Positions 29,231-44,992 of a DNA stretch of 64,000 bases are shown piece after piece. The translations under genes were made by a program, and so were the position numbers. The stretch's first letter is position 1. Each line of letters begins with the position of its first letter. The stretch comes from Eledone cirrhosa (lineage: Eukaryota). The notes beneath the pieces are model-generated. The model did not search any database. It saw nothing but the letters and a program-made list of their open reading frames with translations, and had not been told where the DNA came from. The stretch is taken from NCBI GenBank assembly GCA_964016885.1, contig OZ024745.1, positions 45,942,001 through 46,006,000 of the forward strand, written 5' to 3'.

Positions 29231-30036
29231 ACAATAAAATGAACGCCGCTTTTACCACTACTAAAGCAACTATCAAAAGAACAGTTAAGTGTATGATGAT
29301 TTGTTTGTTTGTGTGTTTGTGTATGTGTGACGTGGCAGGGAAGAAGGGGCGGCTAACACTTATAGTACCGGACGATTCATTGACTGGGGTGGCGTCGGCA
29401 ACAGCCGAAATATTACTTAAGCATCGGTCAGACGGTTGATTGACTGGTTAGATGCTTTGTTGGTTTGTTATGTGTGCTGGGTGGTAAGTGGATGTTGTAA
29501 GGGCCATGACGGAGTTGGTGAACTTTCCCTATAGTTGTTGTTGTAGTAGTAGTGGCGGAGAGTGGCCTGGTAGAAGGGTTAAGATGAATGTAAAAGTAGG
29601 AGGAGGAAAAGGAGGACAAGAAAATTGTAATTTTAGTGATAATAGTGAAGAGATCTGTAGAAATAAAAGTTGTGGATTGGTAGTATCGGTAGAGCGTCGG
29701 TCATCATGCTTTGTGGCATAGTTACAACCCTTTACGTCTGAATTCATATCCCGACGAGGTTAACTTTGCCTTGCATCCTTGCGGGGTCGATAAAATAAAG
29801 TACCAGTCACGAACTGGGGTCGATTTCATTGACTTTCCCCTCCTCAAAAATTGTTGGCCTTGAGCCTCAATGAGAAACAATTATTATTGCTGTTTAACTA
29901 CAGATAATCCCTGATCAAGGAGGCATATGATCAAAGAATTTGTATCATAACCCTCCCGACTTATTTTCAATCATACATACATACATGCATACATATATAC
30001 ATGCATACATATATACATGCACACACGCACACACAC

Positions 30037-30094
<58 letters not shown>

Positions 30095-30789
30095 GTACGT
30101 ACGTACATATAAACATATATACCACACATATATACGTATGTACATACAAATATACATACATACATACATACCTTTTTTTGGCTTCCGCTTCTGTACCCAG
30201 AATATAAATTCACATTTGGTAATTAACATGCATGTTGATTGAAGTTGTTAATAAGACATGTAATATTGTATGACCGTTACTCAATTTACTGATGTTGCTA
30301 ATTACTTTTTATACGGTGGTTCACTGATTGTTTTCTGCTTCTCATTGGATGCGAATAATTTATTAGTTTTCCCACGTTTCTTTTTCATTATATTTGTTCA
30401 TAGGGCAGTGGATTGGCAGCATCGTTAGAGCGTCGGACAGCATGCTTTGTGGTATACATATACAGCAGTTAACAGAGTTCAAATTACGACGACGTTAGTT
30501 TACTTTTAATATTTACGGAGTCGATAAAATAAAGTACCAGTAATGCATGGAGTTGATTTCATCAACTTAGCTCCCCCCACCCCAAATTGTTGGCCTTATG
30601 CCTAAATCATTTTTGCACCATATAGTTACATCCCTTTGAGTTCTGAGTTCAAATCCCGCAGAGGTTAGCTTTGCCTTTCATCATTCTGGGATCGATAAAA
30701 TAAAATACTAGTTAAGTACTCGTTTCGATATAATATAATTTCCCTCAAATTGCCGGCCTTCTGCCTAAATTAGAAGTGATTATTATTTT

Positions 30790-31060
30790 TGTTCAGTTTC
30801 TTTATACTGAAGTCTTCACCAATATTGCTATTTGGGAGTGTACTGATGTGTAGGTGACGTCCAGAACCTGGTGGAATAGTTGATAAAATTGATTGAAATG
30901 TGTATATGCTTATGTGAATTGTGATGAGTTTTATGTTTTCGGTTTGCAACTCCAGTACGTTGTCATGGCCTATTGTCGTCTGCGTGAAAATGTATCCTAT
31001 GCAAAGTTTTAAATGTGCTATGAGCATGGTTTAGCCTGGTTTGCCTATCCAACGCTTACA
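30790..31060 (-). pseudogene. Possible decayed APE endonuclease fragment of a LINE
   Basis: ...IKLITIHISIY...STIPPGSG...HISTLPNSNIGEDF resembles APE IYxPP...IxGDFN motifs. Confidence 0.3.
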
Positions 31061-31974
31061 CATGTTAATTTTAGAACATTTAATTAAACATTCTGAGTTC
31101 TGAGTTCAAATCCCACCGAAATTCTGAGTTCAAATCCCACCGAAGTCAACTTTGTCTTTCATCCCTCCAGTTTCGATAAAATAAAGTACCAGTCGTCAAG
31201 TACTGGGGTCGATATTGTTGATGATATATATATAAGAAATGTAAGTGGAAGGAATAATATAAACAGTCATGAAGTTTCTGAGTGATGTCGGTATATGGAG
31301 TGTAGGATTTATAAAGGGTAAAGACACCCTTCGGTCACGAATGACTATGAGTTTGCACCTAGAAGTTTCCCGTCTGAGGCACAAGCCTCGGCAGGTTGTT
31401 TGTGTGGAAGACCAGCAGACACCCAAACATTCCAGTTTCCCCTCTCTTCGCCACCGATGTTGTCCAAGGCAAAGGCTATAGTTGGTACAGCTTGGCACTA
31501 ATGACGTCGCAACTCATTTGTGGCTGATTGAACGGGAACAATGTGAAATGATGTGTCTTGTTCAATGACACAACGCACCGCCCTGTCTAAGAGTCGAACT
31601 TACAACCGTGATGTTGTGAACTAAACGCTTTAACCACTAATTCTGATTATACATCTGCTTCATATTTTTATGTCTGTCGTCTTTTTTTCTTTTCTGCGTA
31701 GTGTTTATTTCCCAGCCTGTCTAAATATTTATCGTCATCATATCTGCTTTCAGTTAATCATTCCATCTGTTTGTTTGTTTACATGTGTGTATATCAATTT
31801 ATATGCGTATATGTGTTTGTGACAAGGGAATCCTACTTTACTTTCAATAGTTGATCCCACTATAATGACTGCTCGTAGAAACTTTTAGCTACTTTATAGC
31901 TGCCCTTGTCTTTCAGGTATATTAAAATCTGATTTATGCTTCTTTTGTCTCTCATTGACCATTTTTTTCTTTCT

Positions 31975-32042
<68 letters not shown>

Positions 32043-33504
32043 CTCTCCATCTCTTGTTTTTGTTTCTTAACTGTAAAGGTTTCTAGATACTTCTAATTCA
32101 ATGTGGCTTACCAGCTCTATACGGACGTTTATACTGATTAATTGAATAAATAGTTTTTTCTACCTTGTCATGAATTCTCTTAATAGTTCATAATACTCCC
32201 AGCTTTAGTTTTTCTAAGTGAAAAAAAGACCAATCGTTTAAGTCCATCTAGGTGGTACAAAAGTTCCATCGCATTAAGATTTCTTTACAGCTCCAAGTAA
32301 CAAATCTTGTAATTTCACTAAAAATGTATTGTAACCAGTTGCAGTTCCTCAGTTGAAATATATTATTATTTATGGGAAAAAACGCTCAATGTGCCCCAAG
32401 TAGAGCTAACTGACGCATAAGCCAATGTATTACCGTGTTGCAGAATGGTAGTTAAACGACACAAGCCAGCAATACATTAACACGGTCTTCTGATAATTCC
32501 ACAGTAATTTGATATTTCCACAGATTAATATTTACAAGTGTAAACATCCGGTTGACTTCAGATGTATTTGGAAAATTTGAAAATTGAAATGTAGTCGTCC
32601 CAATGTGAATGACTATAACAATAGTCGATCAATAAAAAATAATAGTTGAGAAATTCAGGTAAACTATTCTTGGTAACGGAAAAAGTGGTTTATGATGCTG
32701 GTTAACGTTTTCGCCCTTCACCCGGGAGATGCGGGGTTCGAATTTTCGCAAGTGCCTCTTTCAAATTTTTCTGTCTCCAAGTGTTCTTTACCTGATTTTC
32801 TCAACCAGTATTTATAGTGATCGACTATTATAATTATTTGTGTTTGAACGACTACATTTTTATATGTTCTAACATTAACATAATTGTTGTACACATACAA
32901 GCTTTTAGCTTAGGGTTCAGCGTAATCTTATGACCTCTTCAGAAATATGTAGATAACTACCAGAGCTAAGATTTACTCAAGAAAAAACAATTGTTGCGCA
33001 GCTTGGTCATGAAAAAAGAATGATTCCGTTGTCGTCCTACTAATTTGTGTTAATCTGACAACAATCTTGACTTCAGAAAACATATTTCATCGAACCCGTC
33101 CATGTAGATGCCAATTTATTAGTTTACCAGATAACCAATTAGTATAACTGTTAACTTGGCACTTTCTCCGCCTATTTGTATAGACAATAATATATTCCCT
33201 AACAGGTATGTTCTTTCACATATATTGCTGAAAGCGTATCTGCTAATCCGTCGCCTATCTGCATTGTGTGCTTATGTGCATGCACTTGAAACTGTGTGCA
33301 CAGAAGTGCATAGAAGCTGTTGAATAGGAAAGCCATGATGAACAGATAAACGCTCCAAAAAAATGGCGGAGAAAAATACATGACAGCTAAACACAATGAT
33401 AAATCGAGAAAGAACGAACACGATCATTTGTATGTTTTCGTGAGTTGAAGTAAACATTCGCATACATGTATACTTATAAATACATACATACATACATACA
33501 TACA

Positions 33505-33537
<33 letters not shown>

Positions 33538-34271
33538 GCATACATATACCCATATATAGATGCTTACGTGCACCCATACAGACATACATACGTATATATA
33601 TTTATATGTATGTATGCTTGTATGTATATGTATGTATATGTATGTATATGTATGTATATGTATGTATATGTATTTGTGTGTGTATTTATGCTTATCAGTC
33701 TATTAGCGGTTATGCGTGAGCGAGCTAGTGTATGTAAGCATTTGTATGTTGGTTGAATTACTGAAGTACACGCATAGCGGTGTAGAGATTTTAAAAGAAA
33801 TAGAAATAGAAAAGGCAAAATAATATCAGTTAACTGCGTCACATATTTAAAGAAATAGTGAAATTAAATAACTAAAGAAATAAAGAAATCATAATAAAAA
33901 AAATGTGGGATGTATAAGATTTGACGACTGACAGAAAATAAGTTTGAAAGTACATCTAAGGTTTCCTTCAAACTGACACTACCTCCTACACAAATACGAT
34001 CATAGTTATAACATCTCCTCAACCTACACACATAAACAACTCTTAGATACTATTATGAATTATTTTAGCTGAGTACAGGTAGTGTGGGTAGTATGTTTCC
34101 TTGGTCGTAGATGAATGGCTGGATCTCTAAAGCTGTGTAGGTGGTTAATTCATGTGTAGACATCTAAGTAGAGGGCTTTCAATTGTTAGAATCTCTTTCA
34201 TTGTTTGTCCGAATATTACAGTAACAGCGGCGATTGATATAATTTCCGAAGTAGAATGTGTCTATATGTAA

Positions 34272-34303
<32 letters not shown>

Positions 34304-35001
34304 GTACACACTCATATATGTATATGTATGTGTGTGTGTGTGTGTGCGTGAAATATCTGTATATATGTGTTCGTTGTGTCTGATAAGCTGGAGGGTGTAT
34401 TTGTGTGAGTGGAGTGTGCAAATGAGTATTCGTTTCAAGATGGCGTGTAGTCGGTGAAGAGGATGTTACATGAAGAAATATCATATAATGTGGAGTGGGA
34501 AATCAGAAAAATATGCATCGAAGACAAGCGACCGCTTATTCAGCAGAGATTGTTTAATTAAAGAAAATTGTGCGGATTGATAGAGAGAGACAAGTGAGAG
34601 GGGAAATATTTTGTAATGAAGCTGAGAAAGAAAGGTTATGATAGGTAAAAGAAGAGAAGGAAAAGGAAAGATGGCGGAGGAAATAGAAAGATAGAGAGTA
34701 AAGAAAAAAAAACAGGAAGAAAGAAAGAGAGAAGTAGCGTAAAAACAAGGAAGAAAGATGCGTATAAAGAGGGGGAATAAAGACAAAACAAAGAAAAGAG
34801 ATAGAAAGTGGAGTGTGAGGAGTGGTGATGAAAGAGACAGAGAGAGAGGGGGTGGGGAAGGAGAAGGGGAAAATAGATAAGGTAACGAATTAAGAGCAGG
34901 AATAAAGAATTGTTGAGTGCAGATGATCAACATGAATGATGACAACAGCAACAATGGTGGTGTAATATGAGAGACAACCGAGAAGAAAATGGTGGAAATC
35001 T

Positions 35002-35067
<66 letters not shown>

Positions 35068-35375
35068 TCTGCCAGTCACTATAGCACTAATAAAGATGAA
35101 GATGATTATGATGATGATGATAAAGTGGAGGATGATGGTGGTGATGGTGATGATGATGATCATGACGATGATGATGATGATGATGCTGATGACGACGATG
35201 ATGGCGGTGATGATCATGACGATGGTGATGACGATGATGATGACGATGATGATCATGATGATGATGACGACGATGATGGCGGTGATGATGATGACGATGA
35301 TGATGATGGCGGTGATGATGATGACGATGATGATGACGATGGTGATGACGATGGTGATGGTGATGATGATGGTGA
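35002..35375. repeat. (CAACAG)n and (GAT)n microsatellites
   Basis: direct reading; source of the poly-Q/M/D ORFs. Confidence 0.95.
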
Positions 35376-35520
35376 CAAATATATTTCGATAAGGTAACGA
35401 AAGGAAGCCATTTTATTAATTCACATATAAGACCAGCAGAGATAAGAAAGTATATTGAATTTAATGTGTGTGTATGTATTTAAGAACGTGCGTACATGTG
35501 TCTGCACGCGTGCGTGTGTT

Positions 35521-35636
<116 letters not shown>

Positions 35637-35646
35637 ACACACACAC

Positions 35647-35709
<63 letters not shown>

Positions 35710-36445
35710 CATATATATATATATATATTGTTCATGATTTTAATACTGTTCAATGCTTCTAAGAAGCGGGGCAAAAGCAGCTGAGTAGACAAGAAAGAAC
35801 GTAATGATGTTTTTTATTAGTTATAGAACAATCAAACCGTTCTATATGAAGTGTGGTCGTTCTCTGATAGGTTTGTAGTGGAGACTTCCGGCGTTCTTAA
35901 CCCCCATTCACTACTATCAAGGGTGGTGTTGGCAGGAGCGAGGCTCCCTAGTTGGAATGGCTATTCCAACGCATCTCCCACACCATCGTCCGGAGCATCG
36001 TTTTGTCCATCCTGTCCACTGAGACCAAGAGGAGACTTGCATATGGGCTCCAACACACAAGAAAATACTCCGCAACTCTGTCCAGGCCAACATTCAATGG
36101 GTTAGCGATGCTGAGTTTTTCTATCTATGGAATAAAGTTCGATGCTTTAAAAGCCATCATTTGAAACATCGAATAAGAGCAGGATTTAGTGAAATGGCAG
36201 ACAATGTGACAGGATAATGTTATATATTCATTCATGCATTCTATGAAGAGTAGCATTGTTGTTAGTTATACATTTCCTGCGAGACAATTGAATTGTTTGC
36301 TGTATTTCTGCAGACCAATGTGACAATGTGGGAAGGGCGGTGAAAGTACGACTCGGATGGAATAAGATACCACAAGGTATTATTGTTTATTGTTCAACTC
36401 AGCATTTTAACTAAATTTATATCTCTCATCTGTGTGTGTGTGTGT

Positions 36446-36554
<109 letters not shown>

Positions 36555-36910
36555 TTTCGTCGATAACACACTCACCCACACCCACACCCTCATACACAGA
36601 TGAGGGATAAAAATTACATAGATTTGTGAACGAGGGTGTACTTTTTACACTTAGTAGTGGTTGAATGTGCGACACGGGTGGAATAAAATATCACATGGTA
36701 TTCTTTTTTATTGTACGACTCGCCGATTTAACGGGAATTTTCTCGCTGTAGTTTGTGTATACGTACCTTTCATCGATATCGATACACACACTCACATACA
36801 CATACACACAAACACACAATCACACACAAACAGACAAGCAGATTCTCTCAAAATAATTTACTCTTCCATTTTTGCCTATCGTTTATTCTTCATCTATGCA
36901 TGTATATTTA

Positions 36911-37000
36911 CATGCATAGATGTCTACACTAGAAAAGAAACATGCATAGATGTCTACACTAGAAAAGAAACATTCATAGATGTCTACACTAGAAAAGAAG
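36911..37000. repeat. 30-bp tandem repeat x3
   Basis: CATGCATAGATGTCTACACTAGAAAAGAAA at 36911, 36941, 36971. Confidence 0.95.
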
Positions 37001-38099
37001 CATAAAACACTTGAAAACACAAACATCGAAAAATTTCCTGTGGACACAAAAAAGTAAACGCTCAAAATTACTCTCAAATATAAGTTGTTTCTGTAGTTTA
37101 ATATCTATCACGATATAATGAGAAGAGAAAGAAATTTTTAGACATTATGTGTTTAAAGACTTAAAGTCTGTCCCAGGATTAGAGGTTCATCAGACCGGAG
37201 ATTGTTCCGGTTTCACTGGCGTTATTCGACTGAGTGTACAAGACTGTCCCCAGGACATGACACCAGTCCCTCGCAGAGTTAACCTCCAGCTACTGATGGT
37301 ACTCATTTCAGCTGAGTTGACAGGAGCAACATGAAATTATATGTTTTACTCAAGAACACAACATGCAATTCGGTCAAGGAATCGAACCCACGAAATGATG
37401 ATCGTAAGACCCAAACCCTGTTAACAATTAAATTTATTGCACTAAACAAGCAGTGTCAAAAGATTTCCTGCATATAAGGTTTACTGTTCTACAAATTAAA
37501 TCCCAGCAGCCCTGAAAAAGCAAAATACTTGTGAACAAAAATTCTCGGAGAACTGACATTTTTAAAAGGACAACCCCAAAACTAATTTCTCTCTCCAAAT
37601 CTAGTGACTAATCCTGTGCATATCTTATATGCTATGTATTATTAAAGAACGGCTATGATATATAGTACATCCATATTACTAGACACATGAACATTTTTTA
37701 TTGGAAATTTTAAACATATTTCTGATGGTTATTTACCACAAAATAATTATCTTGAGTATACTCCCATTAGTGACATTACTACTTAGTAATCGTTTCGCGG
37801 TTACTTCCATTTGGATGGCGACCTTTCTATAAATAACAGTGGAAAAATCTTAAATTTTAATGCAATTTTCAATATAAACAATTCCTATTCAAGCCAGTTA
37901 AGGGAGGGCAATTGAAATTAACAGAGATTCTAGAATTCCCATTAATATCATCAGCTATAGTGTTAGGTCTGAGTGACATGGCTCCTTATAATTATAATGT
38001 TTAAAAGATGACAACTGAAATCCATCGAGGCATGACCATAGAACAGAAGGAAATGGGATATGTAGAAAATATTGGGTAAGTTTCTCATCTCATAATAAT

Positions 38100-38720
38100 A
38101 ATCTGTAGATTACATGTGACGAATTGACATAACGGAGGTTACATTATCTGAAGGTGGGAGAAATTCACTGGCTGAGAAGTGCAAGACTAACAGCTAAAGA
38201 TGAAGAATTTTTCGTTACGAAACATGACCAAAGTTATCTCAATGGAAACTACCAAAAACAAAATGAAGCATAATATAGAAAATAACGAAAAATATGAGGA
38301 GGCTGAGGTTTAAAATAAAATCAATCATATTGTTTCTAGTTGTTTAATCTTAGCCAAAATGAAATTTATGTGCAGGTATGACTGAGATGAGGCTATGGTA
38401 ACTGGAATTATCAAATATTTACAAATAGGTAATACAAACCCCTGAAATAGCTCATAGAATTAGAATATTCTATGATATTATAATTCATACCAACTGGGAA
38501 ATTAATGAAAATTGCCCAGATATTATTATAAAAGACAATCAGAAAATAAACGTCTCCTAATTTATGTATCATTTCTAAAGAAGGGCAATATACCTGATAA
38601 GGAAGTGGAGAAACTGCCAATTAATAATGATTTTGATTTAAGTTCAAGGCCTGTAATTTCAGGAGGGGAAAATCGATTAAATCAACCCAGTACTTGAATT
38701 GAATGTTCTTGCTGATGAAA
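38100..38720 (+). pseudogene. Heavily decayed R4/Dong-like RLE LINE C-terminus
   Basis: INHIVSSCLILAKMKFMCRYD (CCHC region) and IIIHTNWEINENCPDIIIKDNQK, resembling the HTD..I..NRPDI RLE motif. Confidence 0.55.
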
Positions 38721-40114
38721 TTAATGTTTGAATGGCTGAACATTCTAGAAATAAGTGTAGCCATGATATAATCCTCGGAGTGATTCAGCGTAACACAGCT
38801 TGCGACTAGGCTCGCCTTTAGATTACAGGTGCGGTTCATCTGAAAGGCTTCCAAACAGTTTCCACCTACCCAGTTTTACTCCCAAAGCATGGCTCAATCC
38901 GAAGTTATGGTACATGACTCTTGTCCAATATGTCACACAGTGGGATCAAATCTGGGACCTAATGATTGCAAAGCAAACCTCTTAACCATGTTGTGTCCAC
39001 GACTTTCCGAAGTAGTAACGAAAGAAGCACTATGCAAATGTCAAAATTGTCAACTGGTTGGCTTATGATTATAGAATTGCTTAGAGAATACATAAGGCAG
39101 AAGTAGCATCGACATTAAAAAGAGTAGGCTAGTTATAATGAATATAATGCATAGAATGTTGTATGTTTGCATGTATGATATTACAACATATACAAGGGTG
39201 GTGGGTTATCAAATTCGTTAGAGCGTCGGACAAGAGGATTAGTGTCAATTTATCATGGCCCTTCACTTTCTGAGTTCAAATCCAACCGAGATCAACTTTG
39301 CTTTACATCTTTTCGGGGGTCAACAAAATAAAGTACTGGGTCGATATAATCAGCTTTCCATTACCTCAAAATGATTGTCCTTGTGCCTAAATTAGAAATC
39401 GATATTACAACATACTAATTCTACAAAAATATATGTATTTCAAACAGGATATTTTCAAATATAACCGAATATAATGATATACTAACGCTCTTTGTATTAA
39501 ATACGCTAACATTAACAATCGTTTTTTTCCTCTGTGAATAGTAAGTATTAATTATTTATTCTCTAAACAACTATATTTTTCTACGCCATATAATGTACAG
39601 TCTTATACATTTACGTTCTAATTCGTTAATCATTACAGTAAAAAATATGCTCCGCTGATAAAGTCATACTAACACGGTATCACATGTTATCATCTCCTGT
39701 ACTTGATGAAAAAATTCAAATAATATTAGTCATTTATATAGCTTTCCCTTCACCATATAAGCATTTCTATTAACCTTTTAATTATCTAAAAAAAAGTCTG
39801 TTTCGAGGCTCATCAGGCGAGTCCTTATCTCGGTTTTCGTGGCGTGAAGCGACTGAGAGTACATGATTCTCCACTGGATATGACGCCAGTCTATCGCAGG
39901 GTTAAACCCCATTGCTGGTACCCATTTTCAGGTGAGTATACTGGATCAACGCGAAATAAAGTGTTTTGCTCACGAACACAGCACACAGCCCGGTCCAGAA
40001 ATCGAACCTACGATATTATTATCGTAATTTCAATACCCTTACCACTAAATATGTTAACATTAAATTAACTATATATTTATATGTTACATTGTACTACAGA
40101 ATATATCTATAGTT

Positions 40115-40228
<114 letters not shown>

Positions 40229-40680
40229 CTAATCCATGAAGTTACATTGCCTCAGGTTTCGTGAATACTTAAGCAATTACACAACCATCTTGATCGGTAA
40301 CAGATAAAGAAACTTACCTCCATAAAAGACAGCGTCGAGACCTCATTGTTTCATTTTCTATAAAACTGAGAGGTGAAGTCACTATCTTAAAATCTATATT
40401 GAATATTTTTTCTCTTATTTGCAATAAACAACCTTTGTGTCTACTTCATCATTACTGTCATCTACTGGAGTTCATAATTTGAATCCGTTATTGTCTCGGA
40501 AGATATAAGTTTATGAGTAATAGGTTGTGGTTGGTTCCAGGTAGCTTGCAGGTTAACTACACCGATGTGGGCTCTCCATTGGTATTTTACTAAATACTAT
40601 ACCAACATCTTTACCTAAAACCATGCATCGAAGCTACTCCGTTCTGCGGTCTCTCTGTCTCCGTACTGCAAACACTACAA

Positions 40681-40743
<63 letters not shown>

Positions 40744-40746
<3 letters not shown>

Positions 40747-41511
40747 AGAAAAAAACGATTATTAGGAAGAAAAATATTTTTTTTTCCTTATTTTTTTCTC
40801 TTTTTTCTGGGTTAGAAAATGTTTAAAACAAAATATTTTACTTTGTGTGAAGTGTTAAGGTATTAGTTAATTTATTTATTAATTAACAATAGCATTGATT
40901 TGTTGATTTATTAATTTACTTATTTAATGATTATCAATTACCGGTTTCAGCATATTATGCATTATCAATATAACAACATTTTTTTAACTGTTTATCCTCA
41001 CAAAAACAATGCTTGTAAATAATATTATTCTTTCTTTCCCATTTCAATAACATATCAACTTCTCTAAGCGTTCGTACCATAATAAAAAATTTTGAATTGC
41101 TTATCCTAAAAAAACAATGCTTGTAAATAATATTATTCTTTCTTTCCCATTACCTTATCGTGTTCCACATCACCCTTTTTTTACTTCAAAAACCTTGTTT
41201 GCAAATAATATTATTCTTTCTTTCCCATTTCAATATACATATACATCACCTTAACCAATACAAATTCCCCTTTTTTTCTCTCCCACTCACATAATTTGAT
41301 AATGCATAAAATGCTGAAACCGGTAATTGATAACCATTAAATAAATAAATTAATAAATAAATGCTATTGTTAATTAATAAATAAATTAACTAATACCTTA
41401 ACACTTGACACAAAGTAAAATATTTTGGTTTAAACATTTTCTAACCCAGAAAAAAGAGAACAAAATAAGGAAAAAATATATTTTTCTTCCTAATAATCGT
41501 TTTTTTCTCCC
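40744..41511. mobile_element. Foldback element with about 230-bp TIRs inserted in (TA)n
   Basis: GGGAGAAAAAAACGATTATTAGGAAGAAAAA.../...TTTTTCTTCCTAATAATCGTTTTTTTCTCCC; three internal repeats AAATAATATTATTCTTTCTTTCCCATT. Confidence 0.85.
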
Positions 41512-41524
41512 TATATATATATAT

Positions 41525-42310
41525 TCCAACTCGTGTGCTTCTTCTCCACATTATATATATCGCAGCACGCCATTTTTCATATATTTATATTTTTTCCTCC
41601 GCTGCGACCTGTCTGTTTCTTTCTTACTGCTTCCCCTTTCTCTGTATCTTCTTTGTACTTCCTCTGCCAGTCACTCTCTCTCAGCTGGCCTCTTCCACAC
41701 ACTTTCACTCACTCACTCTCTGCTTCTCCCCCTCTCTCACTTCCTCCCATTTGACCTGTGTGAAATCCTTTTCTCGCTCACATCTCACCCAGGTCGGATG
41801 CTCTTTACCTCTCGTCTATGATTTCACCGAGCTTAAGTTCATAGGTATCACGGACTTGTCTCTTCTCTTCCTATCTTTCCGTTGCATTACCATCTCCGTT
41901 TGTTTACATGTCTCGCTCGCTTCCCCCTAATTTACGTGTCCCAATAACATTTTTTTTCAGTTATTGCTCGCACCAACCAGAGGTATAGCCAGTCACTATC
42001 TCTCTCAGCTGGCCTCTTCCTCACCCTTTCACTCACTCACTCTCTGCTTCTCCCCCTCTCTCACTTCCTCCCGTTTGACCTGTGTGAAATCCTTTTCTCG
42101 CTCACATCTCGCCCAGTTCGGATGGTCTTTACCTCTCGTCTATGATTTCGAAGTAAATCCTCTTTCTGGACAGAAAGAGGATTTCCTTTCTTGTAAATTG
42201 TGTTCCGATGCATCACTGATTCTTCGTTTTCCATATTATTATAGTCTCCTCCGAAGGAGCATAGAGTGCTCAACTGGCATACCGCCTATGGACGCATCCA
42301 AGCAACAAAT
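41525..42310 (+). mobile_element. PLE-related terminal region with internal direct repeat
   Basis: about 160-bp repeat at 41665 and 41988; 3' end GATGCATCACTGATT...ATAGAGTGCTCAACTGGCATACCGCCTATGGA shared with 61296-61381 and, in part, 2282-2333(-). Confidence 0.65.
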
Positions 42311-42707
42311 ATATATATATATATATATATACATGTGTATGTATATATAAACCTTTTTATCTCTATAATATAATTTTACAATCACTACAATCCACTAGAC
42401 CCCACCCTGGTAGATAAATTTCTTTCATTTGTAATAATTCAAACCTGTTTGAAAAGAGATATTACCAACTTTTCTGATCGCACAGGCTTATGCCCCATAC
42501 AGTAGGCTTTGTTTATATTTTGGGGAAAATACAATTACCGGAAGCAACATCTATTCCAAGAGTTTACAGATTTAAATATGACTGAGGATTAGTCGTTGCA
42601 GTTGAGACACCCAACTACGAATACATGGAAGATGTGTACCTTTCTCAACATAAACTCTGAAACTAATAGTTCCATGAAATTCATCTAAACCCATGTATTA
42701 ATATAAG

Positions 42708-42752
<45 letters not shown>

Positions 42753-42951
42753 GTATATATATATATATAAATGGGAGTTTAGTAAAATCGAAACTTCGGC
42801 TGTAGCCAAGCCAACGAGATACAATGAGGAATTGGGCAGCCAAGCACTCAATGAGGAATCTCAGAGTAATAACTGTTTCTACTTTTGGCACAAGGCCACC
42901 AATTATCCAGTGTATTACTGGTTCTTTATTTTATCGACCTCGTAAGGATGA

Positions 42952-43042
<91 letters not shown>

Positions 43043-44099
43043 CAATACATGGAAGGAAAAACTGTGCGAGAAAAACAAAATAGGGAAGTCGATGTCGTCC
43101 CTGAGCTTTTCGACTATTCGACAACTTACCTTCAACGCAAAAGTAGAACAAAAATCAAAAGAATCTTGTCAGAGAAATACCGACAACCAAAACATATACA
43201 ACATTGCAATCGCCGACCATTGGTTTCAGTTTAAGTGTACTTGCAGCAAATGACATAAAAGAGAAATTTTGAAAAATAATACTATTAAACAAAGCAGCAG
43301 CTTTTGATAATAAAAAGTGTGATGGCGATGACGACGAAGAGGGGGAGGAGGGGGGAGGAGGAAAAGAAGGAGAAGGGTGGAGAATGGGGAGGAGAATGTT
43401 AGAGAGAGAATAGGCGGAAGAAGGTGAGGGGACTTGTTGATGGTTATGACGATGATCATCATCATCATAATAAAGAGGGTGATGATATAAATATGCAATG
43501 ATGACGCTGGTTATTATTATTATTATTATTATTATTACAACTACTATTGTGATGGTGGTGATGATGGCGTCCATAATTATGATGGTGAAGATATATGTAA
43601 AGAAAAAAAGAATCATTGAAATTAGTTTCTAGAGTTGAATATATGGCAGCCATCTTGTGAGAATGATGTTTGCATAAATCTAAAGGAGACAAGAAATAGT
43701 TATCGGCTGCTATTTGTCATCAATTCCTTCCTTCCTTACATCCACTCACACAAACATACACACACATACATTCACACACACATACACACACACACACACA
43801 CATATACACACATACACACACAGGCATACACACACGCACACATTCTTATATACGCACATACTCACACAAACACACACACATTTTCGCTTTCTGTTTCTCT
43901 CATACAAATATACACACACTCTCTTTGTTTTCCTCTTTCTCTCACAAAAACTCACACACACATTCAAATTCATACAAATACATACTCTCTCTCTCTTTCT
44001 TTCTCTCCGTCTCACTCTCTCTCTCTCTTTCTATATATAAATATATATTTATCTATCTCTCTATCTTTTTCCCCCTTATACATTTTCTTTCCAGCATAT

Positions 44100-44151
<52 letters not shown>

Positions 44152-44169
44152 AATATATACATGTATATT

Positions 44170-44245
<76 letters not shown>

Positions 44246-44358
44246 AATATATATATATATATGTATATATAAATATATATATATGTATGTATATATATAA
44301 ATATATATATATATGTATGTATATATATAAATATATATATATGTATGTATATATATAA

Positions 44359-44401
<43 letters not shown>

Positions 44402-44603
44402 TATAAATTTTAGTACAGCATTAACGAAGCTTTAGAATACGGCCAAGCTATATATATATATATATTATATATATATACATAAATATTCGTATTTATAAAC
44501 ACATAAATACATATAGCTATATACATACGTATACACACTAATGACAATAAGGAATGTGTTATAAGAATTCATACTCGCATACACACATTCTCTCCGTCTC
44601 TCC

Positions 44604-44645
<42 letters not shown>

Positions 44646-44647
<2 letters not shown>

Positions 44648-44861
44648 ATAATAATAAATTTGAAGACTAAAATCCAAAGAGGGCTCGATAAGGATAAATA
44701 TATATCAAATATATAAGAACCGTAGAGTAAATATATTAAAATAACAGATTAAAGTTTAAGCAAAGAATCGATGCTTTCACCCTTAACGAGATCTTTAGAA
44801 TATCCCGTTAAGGGTGAAAGCAGCGATTCTTTGCTTAAACTTTAATCTGTTATTTTAATAA

Positions 44862-44866
<5 letters not shown>
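44646..44866. mobile_element. Family J fold-back insertion
   Basis: palindrome TATTAAAATAACAGATT...CCCTTAACG / CGTTAAGGGTGAAAGCAGCG...TTTTAATA with the junction at the hammerhead core position. Confidence 0.8.
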
Positions 44867-44951
<85 letters not shown>

Positions 44952-44992
44952 TCTACAGGACTAGAACTGTTTCATTCGGGAGAAAGCATCGA

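Noticed and set aside
32685-32757. tRNA-like sequence (GGTTCGAAT); similar at 5203-5260
   Set aside because: No intact cloverleaf; likely decayed SINE heads.
35888-35951. HDV-like fold (CCATTC/GAATGG, GGAGC/GCTCC) before a possible decayed LINE start
   Set aside because: P1 would be mostly wobble pairs and J4/2 is unclear; too degenerate to call.
42141-42200. Perfect 14-bp hairpin at the expected hammerhead position; partial GAAA-CGGTCG-TA at 7659
   Set aside because: One of the two core halves is missing in each case; counted as decayed remnants only.
43124-43240. Minus-strand exon candidate ending GAAG|GTAAGT
   Set aside because: Weak acceptor, no recognisable coding content and no partner exons.
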